64,000 bases of DNA, taken from positions 806,001 through 870,000 of the forward strand of contig JANJGN010000150.1 in assembly GCA_026770705.1 (NCBI GenBank), given 5' to 3'. The notes under the pieces are model-generated. The model did not search any database, was not told the DNA's origin, and saw only the letters and a program-made list of their open reading frames with translations. This DNA comes from Isurus oxyrinchus (lineage: Eukaryota). The translations under genes and the position numbers were made by a program. This document shows, piece after piece, positions 50,212 through 61,809 of this stretch (its first letter is position 1; the number at the start of each line of letters is the position of its first letter).

Positions 50212-50975
50212 GTGAGTGTACACAGACTTCAACATCACTCACACACACACACTCACACATGCAAAAACACTCATGTGTAGACACAAACATGCACGCTTAC
50301 ACACAAACATACGTTCAAACACATACACAGAAACACACACAAACTCAACTCANNNNNNNNNNNNNNNNNNNNNNNNNNNNNNNNNNNNNNNNNNNNNNNN
50401 NNNNNNNNNNNNNNNNNNNNNNNNNNNNNNNNNNNNNNNNNNNNNNNNNNNNNNNNNNNNNNNNNNNNNNNNNNNNNNNNNNNNNNNNNACAGACACGCG
50501 CATACACACAAATACAAACTCACGTGCAGAAGTACACACACAAGTGTGAGCTCCCTCTCCTCTCTCAGTTCTGCACTGGAGTCATGGTATCAGCTCCCAT
50601 TCTGTGCTGAAGGAAGGTAAACTCCAGATCAGCAAGACCCTGAATTGGATGAGCAACCTCCTGAACAGAGAAATGTAGATTTAGCCCTCAGTGCTCCATC
50701 GATCAAATACAATTCATTGCCTATCAAGCCCTTGGGGACATCTTGAGAGTGTTAAAGGATGTTTCTTTCATTCTAGAGGGTTAGCAACTCTACTGGTGGG
50801 AGGAAGCAACTGCAGTGTGACAGTTTACATAGGAAGTGTCCATTATAAATATGACAGTAATTTTTCCTGAGGGAAGGTACCTGGAAAAGCATTCCAACAT
50901 CAGATACAGAGAGATGATGCATGGAGTCTTGCTGTGCACTATGCTTGCTCACATTAAAATCTTTATTTCTTTTAG

Positions 50976-51256
50976 ACGCACCCAGAATCTCTCAATTAAT
51001 TCTCTTGATATGATTAACGCTTCATCGATCAATATAATTGAGGGGAATTCTGCAGTGATAATCTGCTCTGTCGAGAGCTTCCCAGCTTCTAACCTGACGT
51101 GGCGACATCTTAATGTCCCAATGAACAGAACAAGTTCCAACAATGAGCTGTGGTTGGTGATTCCTCACGTTACATCCAGGGACACTGGAGACTATCAGTG
51201 TGTGGCAGAGAATGAACATGGAGCAGTGGAGGGAGTCATAACCATCACTGTGGAAC
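50976..51256 (+). pseudogene. Gene D stalk C2 exon 2 with 1-nt deletion
   Basis: 281 nt; ACGCACCCAG vs ATGCTCCACAG; spliced frame stops after ~12 codons. Confidence 0.75.
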
Positions 51257-52115
51257 GTGAGTTANNNNNNNNNNNNNNNNNNNNNNNNNNNNNNNNNNNN
51301 NNNNNNNNNNNNNNNNNNNNNNNNNNNNNNNNNNNNNNNNNNNNNNNNNNNNNNNNNNNNNNNNNNNNNNNNNNNNNNNNNNNNNNNNNNNNNNNNNNNN
51401 NNNNNNNNNNNNNNNNNNNNNNNNNNNNNNNNNNNNNNNNNNNNNNNATAATTATCCACACACAGTCATACACATACAAGCACATACACAGGAAAATACA
51501 CACCCATCTCAAACACACACACACATTCTTGCCCACACATAGACACACACATGCACATACTCTCACTCATGGACAGACCTAGACACACAGACACATGCGC
51601 ATGCGCACACACAGACACATGTGTGCATACACACACAAACACACTCACATGTGCAGAAACACAAACACACAGATACACACACGTGAGTTCCCTCTCCTCT
51701 CTCAGTGCCGCACTGGAGTCTCGGTATCAGCTCCGATTCTGTGTTGAAGGAAGGTAAACTCCAGATCAACAAGACCCTGAATTGGATGAGCAACCTCCTG
51801 AACAGAGAATTGTAGATTTACCCCTCAGTGCTCCATCAATCAAATACAATTCATTGCCTGTCCAGCCCTTTGCGAAATCCTGAGGATGTGAAAGCAAGCT
51901 TCTTTCATTCTAGATGGACAACACCTCTACTGGTGGGAGAATGCAACTGCAGTGTGACAGTTTACATAGGCAGTGTCCATTAAAAATGTGGCATAAGACG
52001 TTATCCTGAGGGAAGTTACCTGGAAATGCATTCAGACATCAGATACAGAGAGATGATGCATGGAGTCTTGCTGTGCAATAGGTTTGCTCACATTAAACAC
52101 TTGATTTGTTTTTAG

Positions 52116-52397
52116 ATGCACCACAGGATCTCTCATTTACTTCGCTTAATATGATTTACGCTTCATGGATCAATATAATTGAGGGGAATTCTGCAGTGAT
52201 AATCTGCTCTGTCGAGAGCTTCCCAGCTTCTAACCTGACGTGGCGACATCTTAATGTCCCAATGAACAGAACAAGTTCCAACAATGAGCTGTGGTTGGTG
52301 ATTCCTCACGTTACATCCAGGGACACTGGAGACTATCAGTGTGTGGCAGAGAATGAACATGGAGCAGTGGAGGGGTTCATAACCATCACTGTGGAAC
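52116..52397 (+). CDS. Gene D stalk C2 exon 3
   Basis: 282 nt, AG/GT intact. Confidence 0.82.
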
Positions 52398-53207
52398 GTG
52401 AGTGTGGAGATACATTTGTTTGTTTGTTGTCTCCGTGGTCTCCGTGGAGCCATTGGGATCGTGTTGTTTTTAATCCAGTTTTCTTCAATCCTCGCTCAAC
52501 CTACGTTATCCACACACCCAATTTTTCCTCTCCCTTTCTGTTTTTGCTCTCGGTTTCTCCTTCAATGGTTGTGAGGACAAGGCTGTCAGGTCTTCGTTTC
52601 CAATCTCCGTACTTGACGACCTTTCTCTCTCTAACTGTCGTGAACAACCCTTTTAATTGCTGAACTTCTCATTCTTTAATTGATAAATATTATATATAAA
52701 TGTTACATGTTGAAATGCAACACCTGTATTCATAAATTGCTTAGAAATTACTAAACATTCAACAGCCAGTGAAGTATTATCGAAGTGAGCTCACTGTTGT
52801 AATGTAGGAAACACAGGTACTGATTTGTGCACAGCAAGATCCCGCAAACCACCGTGTGATAATGAGCTGATAGTCGATTATTTCAGTGAGGTTGGTTGTT
52901 ACATGTGTAGAGACTACATACCCTTTAGGGAGGGAAGCATGTCTCGATGTAGATGTGACTCCAGTCTCAGACACCAGCATGGTTAACTCACACCTGCCCT
53001 CTGAACTGGTCTCCCAGTTTGGGACAAACCAGTGGTTCAGGAGGAAGACCCCCCACCACCTTCTCAAGGGGAAACTAGGGATGGACAATAAATGTCAGCA
53101 TTGCCCGAGAATGAGTATTTAAACACTGAGTGAGTGTATCGCTTCTCGAGATACATCGGAGCATCATTGTAAACCTGTAGTGCAGTAATTAATGGCTGTT
53201 TTTACAG

Positions 53208-53304
53208 GTAGAGACTCCAGTAAATGGACAGTAGGATTGTTCACGGCTGGGATCATGTTGAGTGTTTTCCTGGCTGGAATCTTCATCTTCATCTGTGTGA
53301 GAAA
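53208..53304 (+). CDS. Gene D TM exon, same sequence as gene A TM
   Basis: Reverse complement of 11917-12013. Confidence 0.88.
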
Positions 53305-54181
53305 GTAAGTCTGAAGATTTAACTTGATTTTAATATAAACATTTGCTTCAATGTTCTTTCCTGAAGTCGGTGATTGTTTCCCTTGGGATCAGCACCAGGT
53401 CCCTCTCTGTAAGTGATCCCTGTGTCCACTCTGATCCGGAGAGAACCTTTCATTGTCCTGTATCCAGTAAACAATCACGAGACCCAGAGATTCCTCACTC
53501 TGCACGATTACTCCGGGATAAATATTTGCTTCAATGTTCTTTCCTTAAGTCGGTGATTGTTTCCCTTGTGTTAAGCGCTAGATGCCTCTCCGTAACTGGT
53601 CTCTTTTGTCCCTTACGATCCAGACAGTGTTTTTCATTGCCCGTTATCCAGATGAATAATAATCAGTTGCTGTGATCTGGAAGGTGCTGCCTGAAAGGGC
53701 GCTGGAAGCAGATTTAATAGGATCTTTCAAAAGGGGAATTGGATAAATACTTGAAGGGGGAACATTTGAAGGGCTATGGGGGGAAGAGCAGGGGTGGAGG
53801 GGGGGTCAAAGATATGGCGTGTCATTATAATGATATTATACCTTAGGCTTATTTATTGTACAAGAAACAAAGCACCAATGGCTCACAGGGATTGGGTGAG
53901 AATGTTAATGATTTGTTTATCAAGACTCGGCACGAGAACAGTTATACATATGGAGAAAGATTGAAGGCATCAGAGCCATGAGTGTGTGTTCTGCTCAAAG
54001 CAAAAGTCAAACTAAGATTGGATCACATGACACACTTCCATTATAGTGATGTCACGCTGATACCCCTTATTGGAACTAGAGACAGTCCAGTCGTTGGTGT
54101 AAGGTAACACTGGGCTCTGTGTCTGTGCTGCACTGACTTTCTGCTATATGATAACCACAGTGTGATATTGTGTTATTGCAG

Positions 54182-54263
54182 GAGAAAGACAGCGATGGAG
54201 GAGAGAGTTTCAGGGACCAGTGACATTGTATTGACCCCCAGTCCACTCTCTGTGAAGCACCAG
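54182..54263 (+). CDS. Gene D 82-nt juxtamembrane exon (RKTAMEERVSGTSDIVLTPSPLSVKHQ)
   Basis: Phase 2 to 0, canonical sites. Confidence 0.86.
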
Positions 54264-55307
54264 GTACAGGAGCTGTTTACACTCACTCCAAATCTTCTAT
54301 CTCAGTGTGTAGACAACACATGTCCCAGATTCCCAGCCAGGTTACCCACAGATATCTAACTGTGTAGTCAGATATGGCTCAGTATGTAGCATTGTCTCTC
54401 GCTCCCTCCCCCTCTTCCCTCCATCACTCGCTCTTTGACCAGAAACCTGAACGCAATAATGACAAGGCACCTGATGTCAGTAGTGAGGGAGTGCTGCACT
54501 GTCCTAGGGTCTGTGCTGAGGGAGTGCTGGAGTGTCAGAAGGTCAGTACTGAGGGAGTGTTGCACTGTCAGAGGGTCTGTACTGAGGGAGAGCTAGACTG
54601 TCAGAGGGTCAGTACTGAGGGAGTGCTGCGCTGTCATAGGGTCAGTACTGAGGGAGTGCTGGACTGTCGGACGGTCAGTACTGAGGGAGTGCTGCACTGT
54701 CGGAGGGTCAGTACTGAGGGAGTGCTGCACTGTCGGATGGTCAGTACTGAGGACAGTACTGAGTGAGTGCTGCACTGTCAAAGAGTCCATTTTCAAGGGG
54801 TGCTGCCCTCTTGAAGGGGCAGTTCCGAGGGAGTGCTGCACTGTCAGCAGAGAGCACTGAGAGAACATTGCAGTGTTCGAGGTGCCTCTTTCAGAATAGT
54901 TGTATAATGCTGACCATGTTTACCATCTTATCTGGTCCCATGGCCACATTTCCAACACTGTAGCAGTGTCGCCCTTCAATAAAATTCCTTCATTGGCGTG
55001 AGGTACTTTGTGTGTCTGTGTTTGTGAATAATGGGGCACAAATCTCATGATTGGGATGGTAACATAGGACTTCAAGACTCAGGTCTGCGATAGCGAGAGA
55101 GATTACATGATAAATAGAGAAAGCAAGAGAGAGAGAGAGAAAGAGACACAGAGAAAGAGATTGAAAAAAAGGAGACAGAGAAAGAGAGTGAAAAAGAGGG
55201 TTAAACCCACTGAGACATGACTGACAGTAACGAGGCTGCAGAATAACTTAACCCTATCAGTACCAGTAAATGATGTGAGGATGTCTTCTGTTTCCATTTC
55301 TCTGTAG

Positions 55308-55556
55308 GGTAAACAGAACGTGCTGATTACTGAGCCCCGGAACACAACCAGAGACACAACTAGCGAGGGGGAGACCCCAGCTCCCCGGGATCTCTCTGAA
55401 GGTCCAGTGGGAGGCGATGTTGGACATGGGAACCCCGACAAACCCGACGAGCTTTTCTATGCCAACATCAACTTTTCAAAGCTGCCCAGCGGTGACAGGA
55501 CTGTGCACAGGAGCGAGGACACGGAATACACACAGATCAGGTTCCAGAAAAACTGA
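55308..55556 (+). CDS. Gene D terminal exon with ITIM (LFYANI) and ITSM (TEYTQI)
   Basis: Phase-0 acceptor tttctctgtag; typical CD33-related Siglec tail motif pair. Confidence 0.88.
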   Translation, partial: GKQNVLITEPRNTTRDTTSEGETPAPRDLSEGPVGGDVGHGNPDKPDELFYANINFSKLPSGDRTVHRSEDTEYTQIRFQKN

Positions 55557-58500
55557 GTGTGAAACAGGGAGCGGGGCTGTGGGGTGTGTGCAGCCAACAT
55601 GGCCAAATAGTAATGAACAGAAATATGATGTTGCTCAACTTTTTTTTATTGGTTTTAACTGAGCTTTCTGAATGCTGCACCTTTTTCCATGCTGTAAAAG
55701 ATTGTGAGAAGCTTATGAATTATGTATAATTTAACATCTGTTAATACAAGGTGAGGTGAGAGTGACTGCCTTTGACATCAAGTCTGCATTTGACCGAGTG
55801 TGGCATTTAGGAGCCCGAGTAAAACTGGAGTCAATGGGAATCGGGTGGTGCGAAAGTATAATAATTTGCTTAATATTTTCCTGGTTTGTTGTAAACTAGG
55901 TTTATGGGTGTGAGTGTAGATGGGTCTGTCTGTGTGGTTTAATTACATCTGGAGTCAGGTACACTGCAAGTTTGAGATTATCAAAAGAAGCTAGATGTAG
56001 AAATGTACTTGAAATGCTAATGAGAACACATGGAGGCTGTGTTAACATGTAAGGTGTGAAGGGGCTGTTTAGATTTCAAAGGGATGTTGGTCTGTTTAGG
56101 ACAAGCCCAATAAGCAAAGCTAAGGAGTTTTTTTTTAATTTTACCCAAACTTCATTGACAATATTGGCAACATGAAAGTTTATATTATGGGAAAGGTACA
56201 GTTCCAAAGAATTTACACATCAAAGAGAGAGAAACATGTATAAAGGAGAATGAAAGGCTATGTTGGGGGACATGTAAGATCTAACAGGAGTGTGTGAAAT
56301 AGACTTGAAGAAGCCTCCAGGCATTTGTGCATAAGTCTGTTATGTTCAGTAAATAAAGTTGGAAAAATCCATTTAGAATTCCAGTGTCAAGTGTGTGCTG
56401 TGTTAACTCGCTGGGTTTGTTTTTAATCTAAAATCTTATTTTGGACTGTTGCCTTAAACAGGCTCTGTAACTGGGAGTCAGGTTAATTAGGAATTTGAGA
56501 ATTTATTTTAGCTGTAACTAACCGTGGTATTATGTCTGTGCTTGAAATCTTTTATTTTGTTAATAAATATCTTAATTGAATTTTTAAAATCTCTAAAGGT
56601 TGTGGTCAACTCATTACTCCTGAATTCAGTGCACGCTTCTTGTAATAAATACAAATTGCAAAACTATTGTGATAGCATGACCAATTTTCCCTTGTGGATT
56701 TGGAGCACCAAGCACACATCATCTGCCATGTCATGTTACAGGGAAAACTCTCCACTCGTTGGATTCATACCAAGTACAAAGGAAGGTGGTTGTGGTTGTT
56801 GGAGGTCAGTCAACTCAGTTCCAGGACATCACTGCAGGAGTTGCTCAGTGTAGTGTCCTAGGCCCAACCATCTTCAGCTGCTTCATCAATGACATTCATT
56901 CTATCGGATGGTCAGAATTAAGGAAGGTCGCTGATGATTGCACAACGTTCAACATCATTCATGACTCATCAGATGCTGAAGCAGTCCATGTCCAAATGCA
57001 GCAAGACCTTGACAATATCCAGGCTTGGCCTGACAAGTAGCAAGTAACATTCATGCCACACAAGTGCCAGGCAATGACCATCTCCAACCAGAGAGAATAT
57101 ATCCATCTCCCCTTAATGTCCAATAGCATCACCATTGCTGAATCCCACACTATCAACACTCTGGGGGTTACCAATGACTAGAAACTGAACTGGACTAGCC
57201 ATATAAACACTGTGACTATAAGAGCAGGCCAGAGCCTGGGAATCCTGTGGTGAGTAACTCACCTCCTGACTCCCCAAAGCCTGTCCACCAACCTCAAGGC
57301 ACAGGTCAGAAGTGATGGAATACTCGCCACTTTCCTAGATGAGTGCAGCTCCAACAACACTCAAGAAGCTCGACACCGTCCAGGACAAAGCAGCCCCGTT
57401 TGATTTGCGCCCCGTCCACAAACATTCTCTCCCTCTACAACTGACGCACAGTGGCAGCAGTGTGTGTACCATCTACAAGATGCAATGCAGGGAGTCACCA
57501 AGCCTCCTTAGACAGCACCTTCCAAACACATGATCACTACCATCTAGAAGGACAAGGGCAGCAGACACATGGGAACACCACCACCTGGAAGTTCCCCTCC
57601 AAGTCGCTCACCATCCTGACTTGGAAATATATCACCGTTCCTTCACTGTCGCTGGGTCAGAATCCTGCAACACCCTCCCAAACAGTTCTGTGGGTGTACC
57701 TACACCACAGAGACTGCAGTAGTTCAAGAAGGCAGCTCACCCCCATATTCTCAAGGACAATTAGGGATGGGCAATAAATTCTGGCCTAGCCAGTGTCAGT
57801 GAATGAATACAAAAAAGAAGCAATTAAAATGCCCTGACATTTCTGTACATTTTTATCAAATTAAATACGTACTCTAGTGAATAATTCCATTCTCCAAGGC
57901 ACCACTTCCTGTTGTCACATGTCCTTCTGATTATTTAAATTCCTGTGTCATTGGTAATGGAACATTCCCATGTAAACATGTCACACTGTAATTACAGCCT
58001 CCTGCCAGTGGTGATGCTTTAGTATCCTAGTTTTGCTTCTCAGAGACTGGAGGAGCTGGAAACGTTGTGTTTACAATATAAGTAACACTCAGGAGTGACC
58101 AGGGGGATTCTTTTGGCCAAGTTTATGATGTTGCTAAGATACAATGGCCCCGTAGGATTTTTCCTACTGCGTTTACAAGGTTGAATTGAAGAGATTTTTG
58201 AAGTGTCTGGCACAGTTTTATTAAGGTCCCCTCACACCCAATCTGGAGTCACTGAGTTCAGTTCTGGGTCCAGCAGCTTAGGAAGGATATATTGTCCTTG
58301 GAGGGGCTGCTGTGCAGAGTCACCAGAACGATCCCGGGGCTGAAAGGGTTAAATCCCGAGGACAGGTTGCACAGACCAGGCTTGTGTTCCCTCGAGTCTC
58401 GAAGATTAAGGGGTGATCTAATCGAGGGGTTTAAGATGAGCCGTCTCTGTGACCTGCTTCAACCCTGTGAGTCAGCAATGACAACATGAGTTGATGTTAG

Positions 58501-59464
58501 CCTGATATGTAGTGCATGGAGGGATATTACTCTCCAGGGTGTGTGTGCATCACAGTGCTCATTCACATGTGTTCCATGTGCACCTACATCAGCTGTGTAG
58601 ACATACAAGCCTCAATGCTGCATCCGGGGAATGTGCCATGTCTCACACCTTAGCTGCAGCACGACCCTTCCCTTGGAGCTCTGTGTGCTCGAGACCTATT
58701 TTGTTATTTTTTCCTGCCGTCTCTGTGTCCCCCGACCCGGGAGTGAAAATCCGGCCTTAACTTCCACTTTCTAGTGTCTGAGACAAGAGGCAATGAGTGA
58801 GTGGGCTGACGGTCAGGATTAATGCTGTTAATCTGTGTTTGAGGGGCTGTGAATTCTCGGGGGACTAGTTACTCTCTGAGCTGCAGCTTCCAAATCCTTA
58901 TTTGATGCCGTGCATGTGGGGTTGGAAGATTTTTTTTAAAACCACAGGCAGTTCACAGAAACCCACAGGAAACCCACAGAGAGACAGTCACTGAGAAAGT
59001 CACTCACTCCTTGTGGTTTCACCTTTTAACCACATCCTGTCTGTGTGGCTTAAATGTTAAACACAGTGGCCAGACTCAAGGAGGTTTCACTCTGTNNNNN
59101 NNNNNNNNNNNNNNNNNNNNNNNNNNNNNNNNNNNNNNNNNNNNNNNNNNNNNNNNNNNNNNNNNNNNNNNNNNNNNNNNNNNNNNNNNNNNNNNNNNNN
59201 NNNNNNNNNNNNNNNNNNNNNNNNNNNNNNNNNNNNNNNNNNNNNNNNNNNNNNNNNNNNNNNNNNNNNNNNNNNNNNNNNNNNNNNNNNNNNNNNNNNN
59301 NNNNNNNNNNNNNNNNNNNNNNNNNNNNNNNCAGACAGACACAAACACACACATTCACACACACACACATATTCACTCACACACACACATTCACTCACAC
59401 ACTCATTCACACACACAAACACACACACAAAGACAATATCCCAATGACAACAAACTGTGATTAA

Positions 59465-60497
59465 GAGCTTCCTACAACTTAACTAAGAGACCAAAGACAT
59501 ATTGAACTGTCTAAAAGCGACCTGATTTTCAAAGAAATACAAGATTGTACACAGATCAAAAATGGCTGACACAAGTCACCTGATTGCTGATACTGTGAAG
59601 TTGATCACTTCTCTGGAAAGGTTCAAATGAATTGCACTGCAGACCTGTTGCATGGAAGTTCACGCCTGGGGTGTGTCAGGGTCCACTTCAAATAGAGACA
59701 CTCTTAAAAGGAAGGCATTAAAATGTAAAGTGCTGGACTTTGATCAGCTGTAGTTCAATCAAAACATTGGGAACTTCTCACCAAGCGGATAATCATCAGC
59801 CATTCAAAACCCCCTGTGGAGGATACAATGCCCCCGTCTCCTGTTGATTTATATCTTGAAATGCATCAAAGGTTTCAGAGATGCAAAGATAAAAAAATGG
59901 GAATACTTGGTCTATAACAATGAATGCAAAACATGCTGATCGAATTGACTTCAGGGATATACAGACAGGAGTTTAACAAATGGTTCTGCCAAGCAGATAT
60001 AAGAGAAAGGAGGGGAAAAAGAAATATGGCAGTCTTCCACAAACACTGCTGGAAAAGAGCAGAAATGATTTCTCCCTCTCTCTCTCTCTGTCTGAAGCTA
60101 ACAGAATGTCTTCAACAATGTGCAAGTCTGAGCCAGATAAAATACAGGAATCTACAGAAAACCAACTATTTTAAAACAGCTTCAAACTTCACAGCCTACG
60201 CTGTAGTACAAGCAAACGACTCCTTTAATTTTTTATTGGACTCTATAATTATNNNNNNNNNNNNNNNNNNNNNNNNNNNNNNNNNNNNNNNNNNNNNNNN
60301 NNNNNNNNNNNNNNNNNNNNNNNNNNNNNNNNNNNNNNNNNNNNNNNNNNNNNNNNNNNNNNNNNNNNNNNNNNNNNNNNNNNNNNNNNNNNNNNNNNNN
60401 NNNNNNNNNNNNNNNNNNNNNNNNNNNNTGCATGTGAGCCTGTCTGTGTGTATCTGTCTGTGTGTGTATGTCTGTGCACCTATCTGTGTGTATGTGC

Positions 60498-60532
<35 letters not shown>

Positions 60533-61652
60533 CATTTGTGTGTGTGTTTTGTCCCATTTTAATTATTTTTCCTCCAGTTAGGTAACTAATAAACTTACTC
60601 TTTCTTTGACTCCACCAAACGTGGTTTAATTGGTTCATTCTTAACAATCAAAGAGACTTGCTTTGGAAATTGCATTTGGGGGAAAATATATTTTAAACCC
60701 TTTTTTTCAACCAACCATAATTACCTCTTAAACATCTTAATCTCATTACTACTGAATTCAAAGCCCACATCTCAAAACATACAAGTTGGAAATTAGTTGA
60801 GACAGTTGTTTCAAGTTTCCCTCCAGGATTTGAACAGCTCAGCATTTACCATCTGTTATGTCATAACAGAGCTTCCTTCAACTTAACCAACGAGCCAAAA
60901 ACGTATTGAACTGTTTAAAGGAGACCTGTTTTTCAAAAGTACAAGATTAGGCATTGATCAAAAATGGCTGTCCCGAGTCACCTGATTGCTGATACTGCAA
61001 ACTTGATCACTTCTCTGGAAAGCTTCAAATGAATTGCACTACAGACATGTTGCATGAAAGTTCTCACTGAGGTGTGTCAGGGTCCACTTGAAACAGGGGC
61101 TCCATTAAAAATGCAAAGCGCTGGACTCTGATCACTGTAGGTCTATCAAGCTAATGGGACCTGCTCACCATGCAGATATTCATCAGTCATTCAAAACCCC
61201 TTGTGGAGGATGAAATGCCTTCATCTCCTGTTGATTTATATCTTGAAATGCATCAAATGTTTCAGAGATGCAAAGATCAAAAAAGGGATTACTTGGTCTG
61301 CGACAATGAATGCAAGACATGCTGATCGAATTCCCTTTGGGAATATACAGACAGGAGTTTAACAACAGGTTCTGTCAAGCAGATATAAGAGAAAGTAGGA
61401 GGAAAAAGAAAGATGGCAGTCACTCAAAAACACTGCTGGAAAAGAGCAGAAATTCTCTCTCTCTCTCTCTCTCTTTCTGAAGCTAACAGCGCATCTTCAA
61501 CAAAGTGCAAATCTGAATCAAATCACCACCAGGATGCCACAGGAAATCAATTAACCTTGAACAGCTGCAAACGTCAACAATCTACACCTCAAAGACAAGC
61601 AATTGTATTAATCATATATTCTTTTAAATTTTTATTGGACTCTAACTTTTTA
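59465..61652. repeat. Diverged ~790-bp direct duplication (~59465-60252 and ~60868-61652)
   Basis: Both start AGAGCTTCCT..CAACTTAAC and end TTTTATTGGACTCTA. Confidence 0.85.
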
Positions 61653-61809
61653 NNNNNNNNNNNNNNNNNNNNNNNNNNNNNNNNNNNNNNNNNNNNNNNN
61701 NNNNNNNNNNNNNNNNNNNNNNNNNNNNNNNNNNNNNNNNNNNNNNNNNNNNNNNNNNNNNNNNNNNNNNNNNNNNNNNNNNNNNNNNGTGAGTGTGTGT
61801 CTGTCTATG

